DNA of 64,000 nucleotides from Octopus sinensis. Taxonomy: Eukaryota. The stretch lies in NCBI RefSeq assembly GCF_006345805.1, contig NC_042998.1, forward strand, positions 71,796,001 to 71,860,000. Direction: 5' to 3'. This document shows positions 53,931 to 64,000 of the stretch, piece after piece. The notes beneath the pieces were generated by a model, which was not told the origin of the DNA, ran no database searches, and saw nothing but the letters and a program-made list of their open reading frames with translations. How positions within the stretch are numbered: position 1 is the stretch's first letter; each line of letters starts with the position of its first letter. A program made the position numbers and the translations under genes.

Positions 53931-54450
53931 AATATCCTCATGCTGTACTAGGCAGTGGCTCTCATGGTCTCTCAACTTATTGGAAGTGTTATCATGTACT
54001 TGTTTTGCCTTGGTGCAAAGGATGGTCTACAGCAAAGATCCTGCTTAGTACCTCAGATTAGCTTGTCAGCTGTTTGAACTTAACCCGCGGAAGATATGCG
54101 GATCTCTGATCACCAGCGTGAGTAGTGTAGGAGCATCATATGGAATTATTTGGTATTTCAAAGGTTCAAATCGGGAAACATGAGTGATTCATTCATGATG
54201 CTTAAACAAACTTTATTCAGGGAAGTTTTGTGCGGAAGCGTTACTTGACATCAAGAAAATTAAAAATGGGTCATATGTGCAGAGCTCATGCAATGTTTAT
54301 TTTCATAATAGATCACCATGTAATGCACATATGTTTGTGGTACATGCTTTTATTGTACTTCATCAGATGTGTAGTCAAGAGGGGTATATTGGGCTTCGTA
54401 TATTTGTACCCCAGTGTCATTTGATGGAATGCGCTGCTCTCTCACTCAAT
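53930..54450 (+). mobile_element. Non-coding element of the same family as 11745-12210
   Basis: 54016-54140 and 54385-54450 match the two ends of the 11745-12210 copy in reverse complement. Ends gctctctcactcaat. Confidence 0.75.
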
Positions 54451-56699
54451 GATACTAATAATATATATATATATATATAGTGCTCGTATACTGTCAACTC
54501 AATGTGACAGTCCCGTAAGGGAATTACATCACCGCCATTCAGCCCTAGGAAACATCGACGTCTCCTGTCGGCTTTGACACATTTTCTGTGTCCCTATATT
54601 TGCAAAGGGGAGGCAATCACCCCCGCAAGCTGGGACAAGGCACCCGAAGACATATGTTTCTGAGTCTATTGCTCGTCGTCAGTTCTGAGTAGCCTGCCTC
54701 GCGTGTTTCCGATATGTACAAAAGTAGCTTCGGCAAAAGTGACAGTAAACACTATATAATACACCAAATAACTTCAGAACGTAAGGACATTGACATGTTG
54801 ATCGAAATATTTTGATGACCATTTGCTTAAACTAGAGACGGTGTGTTTTCTAATGTTATTATGAGGTTAATAAGTGTTGGAATCGAGTTTGTATAGATAT
54901 GACTGCATAACCGTCTAGGTAATTGTCTTTGTGTAAATACCTTTTATAAGCATCTTTGTCTAAGTATATTTGTGTAAACTGCTTTGTCTAAATATTCATT
55001 CTTATCCAATTCTGAAAACAGAATGTAGACGAGTATGTATAAATGTTTAAGAGTAAATATATTTGCATTCGTCTCTGTAAATATTATTTCATAAATGTAT
55101 TTAGGTAAAAGTCTTTTGTTAATGAATTTATTCAAATACTTTTTTGTAGATCGTCTTTGTGTATTTGTTTTTATGTACATATCTTTTGTAAACATAATGT
55201 CTTTGGGTAAATATAATTGTGTAAACGTATTTACACACATACCATTGTGTTGGCGTATTCCTGAATCTAAGTTTGTTCGTGGCAAATTGTGTAAGATACT
55301 TTGTTTTCATATGAAACAAAACAATATTTTTTCCATTCAATGAGCAAAAATTGAGCAATAACTCGAAACAAAAATTTGAAGTTTCTGTATTTGTATTTCT
55401 AGCGAAACCCAGTAAATTGACTGTGCAGTTGTATGCTACTATTCATTGCATAAAAACTTCCTCTGTCGGTGTTTGAAGGCAAAAGTAAATGTGTAGCGGC
55501 ATGGTTGCAGGAATATGCTCACGATATGATTCCAAATCACCTGGCTAGTGCAATGAAACTACCACCAAAGCGACTACCACTCAATTAGAGATATCTCTTA
55601 ATAAGAGATAAATATGGCTTTACAGGAAATTTAAATGAGAACAGTGATGTGAAGACAAAATAAAAAGCTGAGCAACTGCTGAACTTTTAATAACATTTGA
55701 GTGACTGTATCTGAGGTTGTTGATTCCGGGCATGTGTTATCAAAGGAGCACTGATTAAGATTAGGCCTTTATTTCCAAAAATACAGAAGGAAATAACTAG
55801 ATGTAAATTGCTATAGAGGGTTAATGGCGTGAATTTCGACAAATAAAGGACTGATGTAGAGAAAGCTGAACCTAAATACATATAAAACATTAATCTTATG
55901 TTTATCTTCATTCAGGAAAGAAAACATAAGATTAACTTAAAATGTAAAAGATTTCAAAATGAACGTGGAGATAATTTCAAGCATTTAAAATTATTCTATT
56001 CTCTTAAATTCAAAGTGTATTTTAAGAAATATCAACAAACAAAACAAAGAGGATCTGTAATTTTATGTTAGCAGACGAGGGAGAACTTTTTCTCATATTG
56101 GTCCACATTAGTAGTCTAATTCTATTTATAACTATATAATAATTTTCACACATTTTTGGGGAAAGGATTAGAGATCTAAATACATTTTAACATTATAAAA
56201 AAAAATCGAAGAACAAAGTCAGATAAGCTGACAAAAACGAACTCGATTCATGCAATGTCATATACTCGCTGAATAAGTAAAGTAAATAAGTAAAGTATGA
56301 AAGACTGGCACGAAAAATATCTAATATCCTAATTAATTTGAAATTAATCATTAGTCAGTATATGAATGTATCTGTCTTCGGTAATTCACATAATTTTTCA
56401 AAGGAATTGTGAGCTTACTGAAGATCAAAGTGACTCTGAAAGTGTTTCGTTAGTTTTTGTCTAATCAGTATTATAGTAGAATACTACTCAAAAACTATTT
56501 AGTCAGTTAACAAATAATTTAAAAAAATTTTCTGCGCATCAACTATATTTTGGGCGATGATGATTTTCTGTGCCTCAATGTAAAATTGCGTATAACATTT
56601 TCAAGAAAAGGGACGACGATCATTTGCGATAGTGTACGCGCATGACAGGCCGTGTACTCCCATGTAAACTCTACAAAGACATATTGTTTTAAAACCTTT

Positions 56700-57245
56700 A
56701 TTGCTAAGAGCTTCAGTATATCGGATAATTTAGTTATCTGAGTAAGAAAAATGCATTCATCTCCACCAGTTCCAGTAACAAATTACTGGGGCTCAACGTA
56801 AAAAAATTCCTTGTTGGAAGAAACAGAATGCATTTCCTATAACGTTTTCATGAGTAGAATAAAGAGAAGTTTGAATACATACGAAGTGCGTACTCATTCA
56901 GTAAATGTATACGCAATTCAACTGTCATGGAGATAATAAATATCAATCCAATATCCATAAACACATTGATGAACTAGAGTTATATAAATGTCGATTTAAA
57001 TAAAATGATATATTTTTGTGACTTAGATTTAATAGATTGACGGATGCTATGATGCAATATAGACAACTCTTAAGATTTTTAGATAACATTTTGAGTGTAC
57101 AGAGAGATGCTAAATATCTACACCTAACCTTTCATAAAATTTGTGTAATGCACAGATGAAAGAAAATGTTTTCACAACAGATTAAAAGTTAATCTTGCAA
57201 AATAAATCGACATTTTCTAAAGGGGAACCGCTTCCTTTTGCAATC
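56700..57245 (+). pseudogene. Candidate decayed LRR ectodomain with LRRCT-like end
   Basis: IAKSFSISDNLVI* (56700), NKLLGLNVKKFLVGRNRMHFL* (56777-56842), LRFNRLTD (57022), LKVNLAK* (57182) and LKGNRF..C (57217), in collinear order but broken frames. Confidence 0.4.
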
Positions 57246-57529
57246 AAGGGAGAGCTGTACCTATAATCCAGCTATTCATGCCTTGCCAGCATCATCTACT
57301 TCAAGGACATAGGATTTAACTATTGATTATATATCTTTTCTCTTAAAGACGAAAAATAACAACGTTCATGGAAAATATTCAAGGATGGAATAGAAGGAAA
57401 TTCAGCAAATAATTTCAGAATATATACAGAGGGTTGCACGCAAAAATATCTTAATTCTTCACAAATTCCTTCAAATCAAAACATTACAGCAACTGTTAAA
57501 AAACACAAAATGAAAGGATTTAGATATTT

Positions 57530-57833
57530 GGGAAACCCCCTTCGGTCATGAATGACCATGAGATTGCATCTAGTATGTTACCCTCTGAGGTATAAATCCG
57601 GGCAAGGTTGTTTATGAAAGGAAGTCACCCATGCATATCAGCTTCTCTTCTCCACAAACCTGATGTTATCCGGCATCAGTGATGTCGCAACTCATTTCTA
57701 CAGCTGAGTTAACTGGAGCAACGTGAAATAAAGTGTCTCGCTCAAGAACATAACACGCAGCCCCGTCCCGGAATCGAACTCACAACCTCACGATCGTAAG
57801 CTCGACGCTCAAACCACTGAGCAATGCGCCTTC
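57530..57833 (-). mobile_element. tRNA-derived SINE family C
   Basis: Minus head tgaaggcgcattgctcagtggtt (A box), gagttcgattccg (B box), then ttcttgagcgagacactttatttcacgttgctccagt central domain. Confidence 0.85.
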
Positions 57834-58169
57834 ATGATTTAGATATTATTTTCGCAAATTTAATATAAAAGTGCTTACAAAAAGACTGATTGCTATTTAA
57901 TTGAACGGGGGTAAAAGATGAGAAAGTTTTCAAACTCATGGAAGTTGCATAAATAATGTCTGTTTTTTCTTTATATGTGTGTGTGTGTGTGTGCGTCAGT
58001 GACTGTGTGCGTGTGTGTGTGTGTGCGTCAGTGACTGTGTGCGTGTGTGAGTGTGTATATGTGTACGTATATATAGCATACATAGTGGCTATATCAAGCG
58101 CAAACATGGAACCTTACCTACCGCTGTGCAAGACCGCGACTGTCTACAAACTCGGGATGGCCTCCCCTA

Positions 58170-59865
58170 ACGCTAGCACAGACGTTACACCAATATTTTT
58201 ACCTGTCGCATCACAACAACACAATCAAAATATTTTCCCTCAGAGACCTTACTGTATACAATCAAGCCCTATGCATAGCAGTCGTGGAAACTCATCTGAG
58301 GTCTGATAGAGAGGTTGCAGAAGTACTCGTATCATAATATACCATACTGAAAACAGACAGAAGAGAAACGAGCCATGGTGTAGTTGCTGTATACATCCTT
58401 GAAGATCTCACACTTCACCTTCTACTGTCATACTCAAATTCAGTAGATGACATTGTAGTTGTATACATAAAACAACAGAATATTCTCATATGCAATACAC
58501 ATCGCCCACCGGATTCTCCAAAGCACACGCTCAAGTTTGAATATTTCCTCATAAGAATAAAAGAATTCATGAAACTGGAACTTCACGTGAGTGTGTTTCT
58601 TTTGTGTGATTTGAACTCTCTCTGTGTCAAATGGCCCCTGGGCCTCATGTTCTCATAAATGACTCATTGTAAACAAGTATAGGTATAGTACCTGCTCAAA
58701 CTCATCAATGCCCTATTCATACAGCAATTGTGCTTTGACCAACCAGGGTGAATAACTTTTTGGATCTCCGCATCACAAACAATTCGGAGGGCGTTCGTAA
58801 TGTGAAAGCGACGCCGACATTAGTTTCGAATCACAGCATAATAAACCTGTCTATGTATGGACCAAAAGTAGCCAGAGACATACAACCGAAAGGAAACATC
58901 CAAAATCTCTTCAATCTGAACTTCCACAAAGCAGACTAGAAATCAATCCAAAAAGAGAACCTCAGACAGCACTGGTCGTGTAAAGCACTGTTGTGTAAAG
59001 CATATTACCAGAAACATGTCGCAGAGCACAGGGCCAACACAAAAAGGAACAAGATTCTAAGGAACAGGAGGATCCTCCAGAGACGACGGACGAAGGTGGC
59101 AAATTACTTCAACCAACATCCCAAAAGTAGTGACAGGTCCCGCCTGACACTATACTGATGGAGATTGAAAAAAGCCTAGAGCCATTCAATGTGAAGGAGA
59201 GAGCAGACAAAGAAGCCTTGGTTACATAAGAACATCAACAACAGACATGAAATATTCTGTTTTCATGTCAATGTCTGGTGTGGAGAAACACCAAATCAAA
59301 CTCAAAGCCATTCTTTCAGTATGCCAAAGAAAAGACTCACTACGCTGCATAATAGGAACCTTCTTCCCAAAAGGATGGCTCCCACAAGGATAATCCAACG
59401 AAGATCAGTGAAGTAATGAAAGGCCAGTTCAAAAGTGTCTTTATCACCCTCTCGAAACACAGAAAAGTGAACGAACAAGTGTTCTTTGCTGCCTCGCCTA
59501 TATCCAGCGAGGCAGTTACGATGGATTACATCGGCATTAGCGAAGATTATATGCTACTAGCCATAGATGAAGTGGAGGCAATCTGAACTAGTGGCCCTGG
59601 TGGTTTCTCAGCAATCCTCCTCAAATCGTGCAAACATGTCCTGGTGAAACCACTACAAAATAACTTCCAGAACATTTTGCAAATGGCAAGCTACCAAGCA
59701 AACTGAAGAAAGAAATAATATGCCCAATCCATAAAAGAGGAAGCAGAGCAGATGCCAAAAATTATAGGCATATGTCCCTGACATCAGCAAAGTCATGGAA
59801 CGAATAGTTTGAGTGGAACGAATCGCATTTCTTGAAGAAAGCGACTTGCTGAGTGACTCATAATA
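58170..59865 (+). mobile_element. Decayed CR1/L2-type LINE ORF2 N-terminal part (APE endonuclease plus start of RT)
   Basis: Broken frames: IAVVETHL, TDRR..SHGVVAVYI, HRPPDS, FLDLRITN...SNHSII, LNFHKAD, SGPGGFSAILLKSC, ISKVMERIV. Confidence 0.8.
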
Positions 59866-59956
59866 TGTATAAATAATACCAGTCTTTTCTTCGAAACATC
59901 TGTCGGAAGTATAAACATTTTAATAACCCCTGCGTTTAACTCCATTTCTTTATTTA

Positions 59957-60031
<75 letters not shown>

Positions 60032-60081
60032 AACAATAATAAATCTCTGAGCTAGGTATAAACAGAAGCTGCACGATATTA

Positions 60082-60285
60082 TGAAGTATATTTGCCACCA
60101 GAAACTCGGGTCCGTGTGTATCACGCCAGGTTGGAGATGGGAACGATGACTTTACTTTGCAAATAACGATAGGACACAGATAATGTGTCAATAGCCAGCT
60201 GGATAATATGCCTTCCTGGGGCTACAAAGCTACAGTAGCTTCAACGCTTAAGTGTTAGCCACATTTAGGTGGCAAATATACGTCA
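60082..60285. mobile_element. Candidate 204-bp MITE
   Basis: TGAAGTATATTTGCCACC (60082-99) and GGTGGCAAATATACGTCA (60268-85) form a 17/18 inverted repeat. Confidence 0.5.
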
Positions 60286-60287
60286 CG

Positions 60288-60381
<94 letters not shown>

Positions 60382-61124
60382 GTATTATGCGACTTACTAT
60401 ATATAATGTTTATATGTTTCAAATTTTAGTCTAAAGAAAACAATTTCGAGGGAGGGAGTAAGTCGATTACGCGGCTCCAAGTGATCAAATGGTAGTTATT
60501 TTATCGATCCCGAAATGTTGAATGTACAAAATATTCAGCCGCCTCACTGTCTTAAATGCTTATTGAAATACTAACACTGTGAGAGATTATATTCAGTAAC
60601 ATATTCAATATTCTACATTATGCAATATATTTAGTTCATGCACGTTTAACCCAAGAGGAAATTATTTTCAAATATTCTAATGTTAATGCCTTATTCGTCT
60701 CAGCACTAAATTGTATAACAAATGGAATTTCAATTAACCTAACAGTTTTAGCGTTTCATATATTTAGTTACACAATTCTTTCTCTTTTCGCCCTTGCAGA
60801 CGATTTTCCAGAGCGAACATTCCTTCAAATTGGTTCATAATAGTTGTGTACATGACAAAATATGTTTTACTGAATTATTGAAAGTGTTTCATTATCAAAC
60901 GTAGAATTTAAAGATAATCTAAGATTAGAATAATAGGCGAAACATTACAGGCACGCTGGCACACACTGGCACACACTGGCACACACACTGGCACACAGAC
61001 TGACACACACATACTGACACACAAACACACACACTTATCGTTTTTTTAGAAAACCATAAAAACAATTAAGCATACTCTAAGAAGTTGAACGTTCTATATT
61101 TATTACTGGTGAAAGCCTGGGTGG

Positions 61125-61275
61125 TAACTTTGGGAGAACTTTGCTTCTCAAACACATGGTAACGAGTTCAGTCCTACAGCGTGGTAACTTGGTAAGGTGT
61201 CTTCCGCTATGTCGTCGGGCCGACCAAAGACTTCGGATTCGATTTGCTAGACGGAAAGTAAAAGAAGCACGTCTA

Positions 61276-61330
<55 letters not shown>
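61125..61330 (+). mobile_element. SINE family A, 5' half plus internal (TG)n(TA)n
   Basis: gagttcagtcctacagcgtgg...gggccgaccaaag...tagacggaaagtaaaagaagc. Confidence 0.75.
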
Positions 61331-61331
<1 letters not shown>

Positions 61332-61337
61332 TATTAC

Positions 61338-62215
61338 TAATAGCCCCTACATCTGGTTCCGACGATCGATTTCCACGTCAGAGGCGCTTCGGACTTCCAC
61401 CAGAGTTCCCGACCAGGCGTGGATCACCATCTTTCGGATTACCGGCCGCCTGCTACACCTGAGTCGGAGCGGGAACGCGAAGACGTGCGAAAACGCAGTC
61501 ACGAACGCACGGACCCGACCAGAGAACGAAGCTCCGAGGCACCGCGTGAGTCTCGACGAAGGCCCCCGGAAGCACCGACGCCGGCCACGCGAGCGATGAC
61601 GCGTCACGTTCTCGCTTTTGCTTGCCGTCGGAGTTCGCGAAGTGAAAGGCTCCATCGACTCGCAGTCGACTGGGACTCCTCAGTCCGTGTTTCAAGACGG
61701 GTGAAGCAGGTTGCCGATGCTCGTCGCTGACCGGCGGTAGCGGTCGGCATATAGGGCAGTCCCGGGATCGCTGCGAGCCACTCTCTCGCAAGGGAGGCGA
61801 CGCGGCAGCGTGCGGGTCATTGCATCCGACTTGCTCACGTGACTTAGCCCGTCTCCGTCGGTTGCCCGTGCCTGCGCTTAATTTTTTCACAGTGAACGTA
61901 CCAGCCGCTCCGGACACTCGGCGAAGAGCACCCTCGGAGGAAGCATGCGAGCCGAAACTACTGGGAAGTGGACGCATTCACGAACGCGAACGGCGACGCT
62001 CGACGACGCCAGCCGCTCGGAGCGTTGTGGCTGTTGTGACGGCACGTATGCGTCGGTCTCAGTCTAATATTTGTACCGCGGACAATGGGGAAGGCCGACC
62101 ACATTGTCGCGATCGGGAGGCATGCGTATGTGCGCTGCGCTGGACCAGCCGAGCTGGTGCCGATGGTGAGCGGCGGCGGTTACTGAACGTCGTTTTCCGG
62201 CCCGACGCCCGGGTG
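61338..62215 (-). rRNA. 28S rRNA pseudogene fragment (D2 to just past D3)
   Basis: Minus strand has ACCCGTCTTGAAACACGGAC, CCGAAAGATGGTGA, AACTCTGGTGGA..TCCG and CTGACGTG.AAATCGATCGTC (universal LSU cores). A short deletion removes conserved bases between GCCTG and AACTCTGG. Truncated at ~61338. Confidence 0.9.
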
Positions 62216-62225
62216 CGACATACAA

Positions 62226-62423
62226 TCGCGACTTCGGTTGCATGTAATAGCTCTAGAATTGTCACTGTCATCGACTCTCCTCGCGGTGAGGAATACGGTC
62301 CCGAGGATAAGGTTCAGTTCCTGAGCCATTCGCGGTTTTACCATTCATTTACGTCATGAACTTACACATGCATGGCTTAAGCTTTGAGACAAGCATATGA
62401 CTACTGGCAAGATCTACCAGATA
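62226..62423 (-). rRNA. 18S rRNA 5'-end fragment (~200 nt), pseudogene
   Basis: Minus strand from 62423: TATCTGGTAGATCTTGCCAGTAGTCATATGCTTGTCTCAAAGCTTAAGCCATGCATG...ACCGCGAATGGCTCA...AATTCTAGAGCTATTACATGC. Confidence 0.92.
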
Positions 62424-64000
62424 TCATTGCGATCGTTTGACGATGCGGATCAGCGAGCAGAGCCTCTTTTTTCTCCGCGAGTCACACCGACGCGACCGTA
62501 GCCAAGTGACGACCCCCACCGCCACCACCACGCGGGGAACGGCGAGAATCGGAATCGGCCACCGCCATCTGGCAAGCGCTCGGGATTCGTCCAGTCGATG
62601 GCCGTTCGTATACGCGCGTCCGACGAGGAGGAAACAGTTTACGCTCCGACTACCGCACACCGGGCCGCTGTGGAAGGATGGGCGCTGGTGCGGGTCGAAG
62701 AAGAAGCCAGTGGGCCGGTTTCGAGCAGCAGCGCGCGACGCGGCAGCGGACGGTGAACAAGGACGCGAAGTGCAGCGGACCCGCTGCTTCTCAACTTGAC
62801 CCGTGCCCGAGCGCGCGTGCGATCGCCTTTCCAAACGGCTGCGACGAACTGCGTCCGGACTGCGGTCAACGAACGTGTGCGATAACGGTCGTAGCCGGCG
62901 TCGGCGGCGACAACGCGCCAAAGCAGTGATGCCGGGATAACGAGCGCAAGAGCGGGCGTGCAGTACGCCGCCGCGCAGGACACTGCCAAGGCGTGTTGAC
63001 GAGGGAACGGAGGGCCGTGGCCACCGCGGTGCTCCGGGTGGCGTTGGCGGTCGTTGGCGCCGCAGCGCAGCCTAAGCCGGAAACAACGACCTGCCGGCTC
63101 GTACTTCTTAATGTAGTTGGAACGCCTCCGGCTGTTCCGTGTGGACCGACGATCGCGAGCACGAGAGCGCGGAGCAATCGGCGAAATGCAGGCTGTGCAC
63201 AGCGCGGCTTCGGAGAGCTCATTCGGCCGAGCGGTGGTAACGACCACGCAGCCACGGCCCCGTCGGAATAATCATTAGACGTCGGCCTCTGCCTCCGCTG
63301 CGTGCATAACACATGGAAATACACTCTCGCGGTCGATATCGCTGCCGCCGAGACGACGACCTTTCGATCGTTCCGAACTACTACAACTGACTATTACTCA
63401 ATGCGCCGAATCTGAGTTACTCCTGCCGTTTGCACGAGCTTCGTACGACGCGTGTCTTCTTCGCAACCGACTCGGAGCAGCAGAGATCGTGTTCGAGCGC
63501 CGACCGGCCGCCTGGCACACGCTCTCGTGCTCGATGCCACTGACTACGACGACCGCCGCTTCGGCCACGAGCCTAACACACGGACACTCACTCGCGGTCG
63601 ATATCGTCGCCTTCGATCGCTCCGAATTACTATGACTAAGTACTACTCAATGTTCGACAGCACTGACGACGACGGCCTTTGGATCGCTCCGCCGGTTTGC
63701 AGTCGGCAGACCAGTGGTCGCGTCCGTGAAAAAACATGTCGCTTTGACGGCACAAGACAATCACGTGCACCAGTCTTCCGTCTCGTATCTTTCCTTTGGC
63801 CGCGCTGCGTACTCGCCTCTGCAAGGAAATGGTACCAATTCTGCTATCCCATCGCTCGAATCTTTCTCTTCGTCTTCCTTTCCGTCGCGTGACCAGCGCC
63901 GATCTTTTCCGACCACTCCCACCCGTCTCTCGCTATGTTCGCGGTTTCCGCCGTCGATTAGCTTCTTCTATTTCTCGGGTTCCTCCTTCTAAGATTCGGC
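62424..64000 (-). other. rDNA 5' external transcribed spacer with subrepeats
   Basis: GC-rich, directly upstream of the 18S start. Repeated unit ACACTC..CGCGGTCGATATC...TTCGATCG.TCCGAA.TACTA...TACTCAATG at 63321-63403 and 63584-63652. Confidence 0.7.

Noticed and set aside
57770-57833. tRNA-like sequence on the minus strand
   Set aside because: It is a SINE head continuing into the SINE body, with no complete cloverleaf; not a tRNA gene.
61141-63992. Many overlapping Arg/Ala-rich ORFs of 100-200 aa
   Set aside because: They arise from GC-rich rDNA/ETS with few stop codons and have no protein motifs.

Overview
Eukaryotic, AT-rich, microsatellite-dense DNA with no intact cellular protein-coding gene that I can support. 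The SINE families and the divergent rDNA fit an octopus (coleoid cephalopod) genome; this is inference. Most ORFs in the track are translations of simple repeats. Supported content: (1) many tRNA-derived SINEs of at least three families; (2) CR1/L2-type LINE fragments; (3) restriction-like-endonuclease (RLE) non-LTR elements (Dong/R4-like, HERO-like), including insertions in (TAA)n and a separate family bounded by (TACA)n; (4) three Penelope-like GIY-YIG remnants and about 8 hammerhead-ribozyme motifs with dimer-type stem III, some with core variants; (5) a decayed Helitron, a decayed mariner, solo-LTR and MITE candidates; (6) at the right end, a minus-strand rDNA pseudogene in which the 5'ETS and first ~200 nt of 18S are fused directly to an internal part of 28S. 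The least expected signal is a series of stop- and frameshift-riddled leucine-rich-repeat-like peptides, all on the + strand from ~6.6 to ~57.3 kb, in the 'unique' AT-rich DNA between repeats. These may be a decayed LRR/Toll-like receptor gene array; this needs HMM confirmation. All alignments were made by eye, and boundaries of old repeats are approximate.
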